Position numbers and translations under genes: made by a program
Origin: Phycisphaerales bacterium
Lineage (GTDB): Bacteria; Planctomycetota; Phycisphaerae; Phycisphaerales; UBA1924
Reading direction: 5' to 3'
DNA length: 64,000 bases
Assembly (NCBI GenBank): GCA_038214505.1
Contig: JBBQRT010000008.1
Span: 805-64,804 of the forward strand
The notes under the pieces: model-generated
What the model saw: only the letters and a program-made list of their open reading frames with translations
Told to the model about the DNA's origin: nothing
Database searches by the model: none
Shown: piece by piece, positions 26,588 through 35,642 of the stretch
Position numbering within the stretch: position 1 is the stretch's first letter
How the letters are laid out: the number at the start of each line of letters is the position of its first letter

Positions 26588-27826
26588 ATGCTCGATGCCT
26601 TGCTCACCCTCGCCCAGACCAACGTCGCCGACGCGGCGACCGCCGCCGGGGCGTTGGCGGACCAAGCCGCCTCGGTCCACCCCGACGCCAAGTACAAGGT
26701 CTGGGCCTACGTCGCCTTTATCGCGCTGGTCATCGCCGCCCTCGCCCTCGATCTCGGCGTCTTCCACCGCGAGGCCCACGAGGTCTCTTTCAAAGAGTCC
26801 GTCATCTGGTCGATCATCTGGGTCACCTGCGGCGTGCTCTTCTCGGGCGTCGTCTACTACTCCTACGAGAACCACTGGCTGGGCCTGGGCTACTCAACCC
26901 CCATGTACAACCCGGCCATCAAGCTCGACGCCTCGGCCCCGCTGATCATCACGGGAACCGTCGGCGGGTTCGACGCCGCCAAGCAGTACCTCGTCGGCTA
27001 CGTCGTCGAGAAGTCGCTGGCGATGGACAACATCTTCGTCATCGCCCTCATCTTCGCCTTCTTCGCCATCCCCAGCAAGTACCAGCACCGCGTGCTGTTC
27101 TGGGGAATCATCGGGGCCGTGGTCATGCGCGGCGCGATGATCCTCGTGGGCGGGCAGCTCATCATGCAGTACCAGTGGATCCTCATCATCTTCGGCGGGT
27201 TCCTGGTCCTGACCTCCCTCAAGATGGCCCTCATCAAGGCCAACGACGACGTCTCCCAGAACATCGTCGTCCGGCTGATCAAAAAGCTCTACCCCGTTAC
27301 CGAGTTCTACGACGGCCAGAAGTTCTTCACCCGCCGCACGCTCACGCCGACCTACTCGAAGAACCCCAGCACCGGCAAGGTCGTCATGGACCCCGCCCCC
27401 GCCGGCTCGCTCGGCCGCCGGGCGATCACGCCGCTCTTCCTCGCCCTGATCATGGTCGAGATCACCGACCTGGTCTTCGCCGTCGACTCGATCCCGGCCA
27501 TCTTCGCCATCACGCCCGATCCCTTCATCGTCTTCACGAGCAACATCTTCGCGATCCTGGGTCTCCGGGCGCTGTACTTCTGCCTCGCCTCGCTCATCCC
27601 CAAGTTCCGCTTCCTCAAGCCCGCCCTCATCCTCATCCTCGCGTTCGTGGGCGTAAAGCTCCTGCTGCTCAGCGTCCCGCCCTATCTCGGCGTGATCGGC
27701 CTCCAGGCCCAGAAGGCCATCAAGATCGACACCACCATGTCGCTGATCGTCGTCCTCACCCTGCTCGGTGGCGCGGTCGTTGCCTCTATATTCATCCCGG
27801 CCAAGCCCGGCCAAGCAAAGCACTAA
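26588..27826 (+). CDS. TerC/Alx family integral membrane protein (putative Mn2+/redox-related exporter)
   Basis: YLVGYVVEKSLAMDNIFVIALIFAFF.IPSKYQHRVLFWGIIGAVVMRG and EITDLVFAVDSIPAIFAITPDPFIVFTSNIFAILGLRALYF: duplicated TerC signature. Confidence 0.9.
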   Translation: MLDALLTLAQTNVADAATAAGALADQAASVHPDAKYKVWAYVAFIALVIAALALDLGVFHREAHEVSFKESVIWSIIWVTCGVLFSGVVYYSYENHWLGLGYSTPMYNPAIKLDASAPLIITGTVGGFDAAKQYLVGYVVEKSLAMDNIFVIALIFAFFAIPSKYQHRVLFWGIIGAVVMRGAMILVGGQLIMQYQWILIIFGGFLVLTSLKMALIKANDDVSQNIVVRLIKKLYPVTEFYDGQKFFTRRTLTPTYSKNPSTGKVVMDPAPAGSLGRRAITPLFLALIMVEITDLVFAVDSIPAIFAITPDPFIVFTSNIFAILGLRALYFCLASLIPKFRFLKPALILILAFVGVKLLLLSVPPYLGVIGLQAQKAIKIDTTMSLIVVLTLLGGAVVASIFIPAKPGQAKH

Positions 27827-27858
27827 GTCGACCGTCCGCGGTCCCGACAGCACTTCCA

Positions 27859-27890
27859 GGCCGGCCCGATCACGGGCCGGCCTGTTTCAT
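27859..27890 (+). terminator. Candidate intrinsic terminator after the first TerC gene
   Basis: ggccggcccg-atca-cgggccggcc (10-bp GC stem) followed by tgtttcatt. Confidence 0.55.
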
Positions 27891-28003
27891 TCCAGCCGGG
27901 CCCGAACGCCAGCCCGAACGACAAACCCCGATCAAGCACCCGCCCCCTCCCTATTCCAGCCCCGCGCGTCCGTACTCTCTCCCGCTTCATCCAGGGGCTT
28001 CAC

Positions 28004-29092
28004 ATGATCTGGCTCTGGGTCGGCTTCGTCGTCTTCGTGCTCGGCGTCCTCGCGCTGGACTTGTTCGTCTTCAACCGCGGCGCCCACAAGATCCCCGTCC
28101 GCCGGGCACTCGCCTTCGTCGCGCTCTTCATCGCCATGGGCGCCGCCTTCAACGGGGCCGTCTACTTTATCTACAAGCACGACTGGATGGGCATCGGCAC
28201 CAGGTTCGCCCAGCTCGCCATGGACCAGGCCACGCCGCACAGCCCCCACACCCTGGGCATGACGGCCGCCACCCAGTTCCTCGCCGGCTGGCTCACCGAA
28301 TACTCCCTCAGCGTCGACAACCTCTTCGTCATCGCGCTCATCTTCACCTATTTCCGAGTTCCCGCCGCCTACCAGCACCGCGTGCTCTTCTGGGGCATCA
28401 TCGGCGCCCTTGTCGCCCGGGCCGCCATGATCCTTGTGGGCGTCGAGCTCGTCGAGCGGTTCGGCTGGACGATGTACCTGTTTGGTGCCTTCCTGGTCTT
28501 CACCGGCATCAAGATGGCGCTCACAAGCGAGAACGACCAGAAGGACTTCAACCACTCCCTCCCCGTCCGGCTGGTCAAACGCCTCATCCCCGTCAGCCCC
28601 GCCTACGACGGCCAGCGCTTCTTCACCCGGATCGACAACCGCCTCGCCGCCACCCCTCTGCTGCTGGTCCTGGTCGTCGTCGAGAGCACCGACGTCATCT
28701 TCGCCGTCGACTCGATCCCCGCGATCATCGGCATCACCAGAGACCCGTTCCTCGTCTTCACCTCCAACGTCTTCGCCATCCTTGGCCTGCGCTCCATGTT
28801 CTTCGCGCTCTCGGCCCTGATGGACAAGTTCATGCACCTCAAGTACGCGCTGGCCGCCATCCTGGTCTTCGTCGGTGTCAAGATGCTGCTCGAGGGCGTC
28901 CAGCTCGTCCGTTCGCTCTTCGCATGGGCCTTCGGGGGTGTTCCCGGCTGGCTCTCCTGGCTCCCGGAGCACCCCGTCCACGTCCCCACCGGCGTCACCT
29001 TGGGTGTGATCGCCGGCTGCCTCACGCTGGGGATCGTCGCGTCGTTGGCCTACGCGAGCCGGCATCCCAAGCCGCCCGATTCCACGCCCTGA
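28004..29092 (+). CDS. TerC family integral membrane protein (paralog 2)
   Basis: FLAGWLTEYSLSVDNLFVIALIFTYFRVPAAYQHRVLFWGIIGALVARA and ESTDVIFAVDSIPAIIGITRDPFLVFTSNVFAILGLRSMFF. Confidence 0.9.
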   Translation: MIWLWVGFVVFVLGVLALDLFVFNRGAHKIPVRRALAFVALFIAMGAAFNGAVYFIYKHDWMGIGTRFAQLAMDQATPHSPHTLGMTAATQFLAGWLTEYSLSVDNLFVIALIFTYFRVPAAYQHRVLFWGIIGALVARAAMILVGVELVERFGWTMYLFGAFLVFTGIKMALTSENDQKDFNHSLPVRLVKRLIPVSPAYDGQRFFTRIDNRLAATPLLLVLVVVESTDVIFAVDSIPAIIGITRDPFLVFTSNVFAILGLRSMFFALSALMDKFMHLKYALAAILVFVGVKMLLEGVQLVRSLFAWAFGGVPGWLSWLPEHPVHVPTGVTLGVIAGCLTLGIVASLAYASRHPKPPDSTP

Positions 29093-29144
29093 GCGTCCCG
29101 GCAAGCTCTCCCGGCTCGATCGGGCCTCTACCCTCTTGGCCCCC

Positions 29145-30752
29145 ATGACACCCTGGCTCTGGATCCTCTTCTCCGGCCTCGTTCTCGCCGTTGTCGCCAT
29201 CGACCTGCTGATGGTCACCCGCCGCCCGCGCGCGGTCAGCCCCGCCGAAGGCCGAGCAGCACTCGCGCTCTGGATCCTCGCCGCGGCGGGATTCAGCTTC
29301 GCCCTCTTCCACACCTACCAGTCCAACTTCCTCCGTCTCGAAGACCTGCTCTCCGCGCCCCTCGACAAGATGCCGCTCGACGGCCACGCCGCCTGGACCC
29401 AGTTCATCACCTGCTACGTGCTCGAGCTCGCGCTGAGCCTGGACAACATCGCGATCCTGGCCCTGCTGTTCCGCTACTTCCGCGTGCCCGCCGCCGTGCT
29501 GCCCCGGGCCCTGTTCTGGTCGCTGCTCATCGCGCTCTCGACCCGCTGGCTCATGATCCAGGGCACCGCGGCCCTCCTGTTCCACCACCCGGCGTTCAAG
29601 TGGACGCTGGGGGCGATCCTCGTGCTGGCAATGATCCGCGTGCTCGTGCTCCCCGACGCCAGCAAGAGCTTTGATCGATCCTGGTACGTCCGCCTCGTCC
29701 GACGCGTCTTTCCGTTCACAACCGCCCACGTCGGCCATCGTCTCTTCGATCGAGATCCGGCATCCGGCCGTCTCGCGCTGACACCGCTGGCGCTCGCCGT
29801 TCTGGTCGCGTCGCTGCTGGACGTGACGTCCGCCCTCGAGACCGTCCCGGCCCTCTTCAGCGTCACCAAGGACCCGCTTCTGGCCTTCAGCGCCAGCGCC
29901 CTGGCCATGCTCGCGCTCCGCTCGGCCTACTTCGCCGTCTCGGGGATCATCGGACGCTTCCGCTACCTCAAGCCCGCGCTGGTGCTCATCCTTGCCTATA
30001 TCGCCGCGACGCTCTTCCTGCTGGACGTCAAGGCGATCTCGCCGCTGCTCAGCCTCGCGGTGGTGGGGGGGATCATGACCGTCGGCGTCGGCCTCTCGGT
30101 GCTCGCCGCACGCCGGTCTTCCGTGCCCATCGCCCGCGGCCCGCTCTCCGAGTTCGTCGAAGACCCCGGCCTCCCCACGCCGCTCGAAGACCTCTCGACC
30201 GCCGTCGATATCGCGCGCCGGAACCTCCGGAAGATCTGGATCCTCATCGCGGGCACGTCGGTCATCATCTTCGGCATCATCATCTCCCCGCTCCCCGGCC
30301 CGGGCTTCACGATCATGCTCCCGCTGGGCTTGGCGATCCTCGCCAGCGAGTTCCTCTGGGCCCGCCGCCTCCTCAACAAGGCCAAAGAAGGGGCCTTCAG
30401 CCTCTCGGATCGTCTCAGCGCCCTGACCGACCGCTTCGGCCTCTGGTTCATCCCGGCGATCTTCGTCGCGTTCTGGGTGGTCGCTCTCACAGTCATCTAC
30501 GGCGGCGCCTGGCTCATCAACGCCAAGGCCGCCCTCATCGCCGGATGGTTCGAGCTCAAACCATTCTCCGTTCACCCGAAGTGGTACCACACGGCCATCA
30601 TCGCCGGCAGCCCGTTCTTCCCGCTCCTGGCCTGGGCCTTCGCCTACCTCCGCCGCCGGTGGTTCCCCGCCTCAGTGAAGCCCAGCCCCAAGTCAAAGCC
30701 CGCCGCCCCCGAGGCGTCAACAACCGACCCTGATCGCTCCAAAGCTTCTTGA
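29145..30752 (+). CDS. TerC family membrane protein fused to a C-terminal PGPGW-like transmembrane domain (paralog 3)
   Basis: Track ORF starts at TTG 29136; ATG at 29145 (MTPWLWILFSGL). TerC motifs YVLELALSLDNIAILALLFRYFRVPAAVLPRALFW and DVTSALETVPALFSVTKDPLLAFSASALAMLALRSAYF. C-terminal IIFGIIISPLPGPGFTIMLPLGLAILASEFLWARRLL matches the PGPGW motif. Confidence 0.85.
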   Translation: MTPWLWILFSGLVLAVVAIDLLMVTRRPRAVSPAEGRAALALWILAAAGFSFALFHTYQSNFLRLEDLLSAPLDKMPLDGHAAWTQFITCYVLELALSLDNIAILALLFRYFRVPAAVLPRALFWSLLIALSTRWLMIQGTAALLFHHPAFKWTLGAILVLAMIRVLVLPDASKSFDRSWYVRLVRRVFPFTTAHVGHRLFDRDPASGRLALTPLALAVLVASLLDVTSALETVPALFSVTKDPLLAFSASALAMLALRSAYFAVSGIIGRFRYLKPALVLILAYIAATLFLLDVKAISPLLSLAVVGGIMTVGVGLSVLAARRSSVPIARGPLSEFVEDPGLPTPLEDLSTAVDIARRNLRKIWILIAGTSVIIFGIIISPLPGPGFTIMLPLGLAILASEFLWARRLLNKAKEGAFSLSDRLSALTDRFGLWFIPAIFVAFWVVALTVIYGGAWLINAKAALIAGWFELKPFSVHPKWYHTAIIAGSPFFPLLAWAFAYLRRRWFPASVKPSPKSKPAAPEASTTDPDRSKAS

Positions 30753-30763
30753 TCGATCGAGTT

Positions 30764-31645
30764 CTAGGCCCCCGCCGACCGCGCCCCGACCAAGGCCGAC
30801 ATGAGCGCACGGCATCGGCGGACGCCGGACGCCAGCCCCCGTCCGAAGCCCGAGCGACCTGCCGCCGCGGCGTTCTCGATCGCCGCCCGCTGCTCCCACT
30901 CCGCCAGACGCCCCGCAAGCGACGCGATCACGCTGCCCTCGGCCCCCGGCCACGGGATCGACCCGTGGCTCAGCCGGTACATTTCATTCCAAAGATGCAC
31001 GCACCGCGTCGCCGCCGGCAGGCCGCCCCCGGCCGCCAGCCACGCGTCCATTCCCCCGGCGGCGTCAAGCTGCTCGTGCCGGTACCAGCCCACCGGGCAG
31101 AACACTTCCGGCTCAAGCAGCACCGACCGCAACCCAAGCTCCCGCGTCGCCCGCTCCACAAGCAACGGGCCGGTCGTCCCAAACTCCATGTCGCCCCCGT
31201 TGATCCCCGTCGCCTCGGCCAGGCACCGCACCGCAAGCCGATGAGCCGCCGGACACTTCATCACGCAGTTGGTCGCGTGGACCCGCCCGTCCTTCTCGCG
31301 CTCGGTGCCCAAGTACACCTCGGCATCGGGCATCTCCCCCACGCAGAACACGTCGGCATCGATCCAGCACCCACCCTCGCGCACCAGCATCGAGTATCGG
31401 AACAGGTTGCTGAACCCCGCCAGCCCCCCCGCGTTCACGCCCGCCCGCGGCCCATACACGAAGATCGACTCGCGCCCCAAGATGGTTTCCGCGTCCCGGA
31501 TGCGGACGCCCTTCGGCACGCCGGTCACAGGTCCATAGGTGAACAGCTCCACCCCGTGCCCGCACAGCACGAACGAACGGAGGCAGCCCTGCTGCGCCGG
31601 GGGCAGTTGGCCGCCCACCCACAGCGTCTTGACGACTTCTCGCAC
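30764..31645 (-). CDS. Glycosyltransferase with DXD motif (Gly_transf_sug / GT32-like)
   Basis: GTG start. KTLWVGGQLPPAQQGCLRSF...FSNLFRYSMLVREGGCWIDADVFC resembles the sugar-binding region with a DxD motif in OCH1/capsular-type transferases. Confidence 0.7.
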   Translation of the reverse strand: MREVVKTLWVGGQLPPAQQGCLRSFVLCGHGVELFTYGPVTGVPKGVRIRDAETILGRESIFVYGPRAGVNAGGLAGFSNLFRYSMLVREGGCWIDADVFCVGEMPDAEVYLGTEREKDGRVHATNCVMKCPAAHRLAVRCLAEATGINGGDMEFGTTGPLLVERATRELGLRSVLLEPEVFCPVGWYRHEQLDAAGGMDAWLAAGGGLPAATRCVHLWNEMYRLSHGSIPWPGAEGSVIASLAGRLAEWEQRAAIENAAAAGRSGFGRGLASGVRRCRALMSALVGARSAGA

Positions 31646-31799
31646 GGCCCGTTCGCTCCGGCCGCCCCCTCGACGCGACGACTATACCGCGCGGCGGCCC
31701 CGCCGCGTCGTCACCTCGGTTCGGACCCCGCCTCCTATGCTCCCGCCCGCGCCCTAAGTCCGGCCGCCCGGCGCTACGAACCTTCACGGAACCCCCGCC

Positions 31800-33272
<1,473 letters not shown>

Positions 33273-33787
33273 CCGAACTTTTGCCCCTTCTGCCGCGAGC
33301 GGGAGACGACCGCTCGAGGCGCAGCCTCAAGCAGCTGAGGGCACGTGCGGCCAACCTCTGCACACCGCCCCCCAGCCCCCCCGCCCCTCCCGCCCCGCTA
33401 TCGCTTCCGTCCCCCAGCCTGAATCGCAATCGGTGCATGATCTACGCGGTCCGACACCCGACACCCGATACTCGATGCCGAGTCTGAAGACGCTCCGCGA
33501 AGAAGCCTGGGGTGCACTCAAACCGCTCCGCGCATGGTGATGGTCCCTGTCCCCCCCGCCTTGAGCCTCTCGCACACAGTCCTCTCGGCCTCGGCGGCCC
33601 GCACCGCAAACTGCGGTCACCCTCCGCCGAGCACCCACCGCATCGCCGCCCCGTGCCGAAGATGCCGATGGCGAGAAACGCCAGCGAGCCTCCACAGAAT
33701 GGCTCTCCTTCGAGAACTTCCGGCGTTCTCTTCGTTCCCTTCGCGTTCCATCCGTACACCCACGCTTCTCAACCGAGCAGGAACCGT

Positions 33788-33900
33788 GCCTCGGGCAAGC
33801 TCGGGCCCCGGAGGGATTCTCTTGCGTACCCCGCCGGTCCCCGGCGGGCTTCCTCTGCTTCGAGCTACCGGATACTCGCCCGAGATTCAATCTTCATTCG
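33788..33900 (+). repeat. Copy 2 of the ~110-nt nested-inverted-repeat element
   Basis: Core hairpin cccgccgg-tcc-ccggcggg at 33830-33848. Flanking perfect 7-bp pairing ctcgggc (33800-33806) / gcccgag (33878-33884). Shares cttcctctg.ttcg and the 3' arm gattcaa.ct.cattcg with copies 1 and 3. Confidence 0.65.
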
Positions 33901-33994
33901 CCTGAAACACCTCCCAGGCACTCGGCACCCGCGCTCATCGATCGCAAGCCGCTTCACGATCCGGCCTGACCTCGAATCCCGCCCATTTATCCCC

Positions 33995-34023
33995 TTGACA
34001 AACGCCAAACAAGCTGGCATACT
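33995..34023 (+). promoter_or_regulatory. Candidate sigma-70 promoter for the gene starting at 34066
   Basis: TTGACA (33995-34000), 17-nt spacer, CATACT (34018-34023), about 40 nt upstream of ATG 34066. Confidence 0.45.
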
Positions 34024-34065
34024 CCCCATGGCAGCGCCCGAGGCCGCCAGGGGGAGTGACACGCC

Positions 34066-35406
34066 ATGCCATCCGACCGTCCGCCCACCGGGCCAAGTGC
34101 CCAAGCCGGCCCGCCCACGCCCGACCCGCCCACGCCCGACCCATCCGACCTCGACGACCGCCTCATCCAGGCCTTCTTCGACCCCAACGAAAAGCTCGTC
34201 GAAGTCGCCCGCGACCACGGCCTCTCCGTGACGGCCCTCGCCGCCTGGCACGACCAGCCCCACATCCGCCGCCGCCTCGATTCCATCGCCGCCCTCGCCA
34301 CCTACCGCGCCCGCATCCTCTGCGCAGAGCGGGCCTCGCAGGCCGTCCGCACCCTCGACCACTGCCTCACCCTGCTCTTCGACAAGGACATGTTCGACCC
34401 GACCACCCGCCCCGCCGCCCGCAGCGCCCGCGTCGAATCCGCCCGCCGCGCCGCCGCCACAATCCTGCGTCACGCCGTCGCCCCACCCGCCCCACCCCGT
34501 CCACCTGCCAACCCATCGCCCCCTCCCGGCGACGACCCGCCACCCAACCCTCTCCACGCCCCCGAGCCCCCCGGTCCCCCCGCCCCCCCCGGTCCCCTCT
34601 CACCGCACCGCCCCGATATCCCGCGGCGGCCGGCGCAGGGCGGCAACGCGGGCCCGGAAGAAGGCCGGGTCTTTGCGGTACTCCTCGCAGATGCCCGGCG
34701 TGAAGGCGGCGCCGCACTCCGGGCAGCGGTCGGCCGCCATGTCGAGGAGGCTGTAGCCGCAGTGGATGCAGAACGTGTCGGTGCGGACGCGCACGGCGAG
34801 CCGGACGCCGCGGATGTAGAGCGTGATCGCCGCGCCCAAGGCCAGGAGCCATGCATTGATCAGAGAGATCGACAGCATCATGCCGCCCCAGCCGGTGTAG
34901 AACAAGAGCAGCAGCGGCGAGGCGACCAGCAACAGCGCGGGCCCGAGCACGAACCAACGCCATCCGATCGCGGCCGCGACCTGCCCGAGCCCCGGCCGCC
35001 AGAACCGCACCTCCGGCAAGCCCGCGATGATCCGCAGGCCGGAGATCGTCTCGCCGCTCAACCGACCGAGGGCCGCGAGTTCCTCTGGCGGCAGAGACGC
35101 GGGCGAAGCGTGTACCAACGGCGGCACGACCGAGATCCCGTGCCGCCGTCGCCCGCCATCGCCGTCGTCACTCACGCCCACGCTCCGGAACACGTCCCGC
35201 TCCCATGCCCAAGTCGGCCGATGGTAGTATCCGCGGCCGTCATCCCCCCGCCACACCCCACCCCACACGCAAGAGCGCCCCCATGTCCATCCCGGCCACC
35301 ACGACGTTCGACATCGACGGCTACCGCATCACCCGCTACTGCGGCGTCGTCCGCGGCATCATTGTCCGCGCGCCGACAATCTCCCAGGGAATCCTGGGCG
35401 GCCTGA
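34066..35406 (+). CDS. Hypothetical protein; only about the first 500-560 nt look coding. The ORF has no stop until 35406 and reads antisense through the convergent gene
   Basis: Strong GC3 bias and a plausible helical N-terminal sequence (DLDDRLIQAFFDPNEKLVEVARDHGLSVTALAAWHDQPHIRRRLDSIAALATYRA...) up to a Pro-rich tail near 34560. Beyond about 34600 the third-position bias favours the minus strand. Confidence 0.4.
   Translation: MPSDRPPTGPSAQAGPPTPDPPTPDPSDLDDRLIQAFFDPNEKLVEVARDHGLSVTALAAWHDQPHIRRRLDSIAALATYRARILCAERASQAVRTLDHCLTLLFDKDMFDPTTRPAARSARVESARRAAATILRHAVAPPAPPRPPANPSPPPGDDPPPNPLHAPEPPGPPAPPGPLSPHRPDIPRRPAQGGNAGPEEGRVFAVLLADARREGGAALRAAVGRHVEEAVAAVDAERVGADAHGEPDAADVERDRRAQGQEPCIDQRDRQHHAAPAGVEQEQQRRGDQQQRGPEHEPTPSDRGRDLPEPRPPEPHLRQARDDPQAGDRLAAQPTEGREFLWRQRRGRSVYQRRHDRDPVPPSPAIAVVTHAHAPEHVPLPCPSRPMVVSAAVIPPPHPTPHARAPPCPSRPPRRSTSTATASPATAASSAASLSARRQSPRESWAA
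34600..35268 (-). CDS. Membrane protein with C-terminal zinc-ribbon (CxxC-x11-CxxC)
   Basis: Track ORF with GTG start (start uncertain). Near-uniform G/C at third positions on the minus strand. Two TM helices (WRWFVLGPALLLVASPLLLLFY; MMLSISLINAWLLALGAAITLYI), then FCIHCGYSLLDMAADRCPECGAAF. Confidence 0.65.
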   Translation of the reverse strand: MWGGVWRGDDGRGYYHRPTWAWERDVFRSVGVSDDGDGGRRRHGISVVPPLVHASPASLPPEELAALGRLSGETISGLRIIAGLPEVRFWRPGLGQVAAAIGWRWFVLGPALLLVASPLLLLFYTGWGGMMLSISLINAWLLALGAAITLYIRGVRLAVRVRTDTFCIHCGYSLLDMAADRCPECGAAFTPGICEEYRKDPAFFRARVAALRRPPRDIGAVR

Positions 35407-35618
35407 AGTCCATCATCGGTGGCAACATCGGCGCGTACACCCAGATGTGCGAGCAGGCCAGGCAGCAGGCGTACGAACTGCTCGTCGACCACGCCGTCAG
35501 CATCGGGGCCAACGCCATCGTCGGCCTGCGATACGAGTCCAGCGAGGTGGGCGGCAAGGCCAGCGGCGCCGTAGAAGTGCTCTGCTACGGCACCGCCGTG
35601 GTCATTGCGCCGAGGTGA
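35283..35618 (+). CDS. YbjQ/UPF0145 family protein
   Basis: Internal ATG 35283 of track ORF 35205..35618. TTTFDIDGYRITRYCGVVRGIIVRAPTISQGILGGLKSIIGGNIGAYTQMCEQARQQAYELLVDHAVSIGANAIVGLRYES. Confidence 0.88.
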   Translation: MSIPATTTFDIDGYRITRYCGVVRGIIVRAPTISQGILGGLKSIIGGNIGAYTQMCEQARQQAYELLVDHAVSIGANAIVGLRYESSEVGGKASGAVEVLCYGTAVVIAPR

Positions 35619-35642
35619 GCCGCGACGGGCCGCGACGCCTCT

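Noticed and set aside
27827-28003. Looked for a second yybP-ykoY-like leader in front of TerC paralog 2, and in 29093-29144 in front of paralog 3
   Set aside because: No GGGGAGUAG or GAGAGACC-type segments are present. The region instead holds a terminator-like hairpin and a short leader.
26521-29148. 875-aa + strand ORF spanning two TerC genes
   Set aside because: It is out of frame relative to the TerC reading frames and extremely Arg/Pro/His-rich. The TerC frames carry the family signatures.
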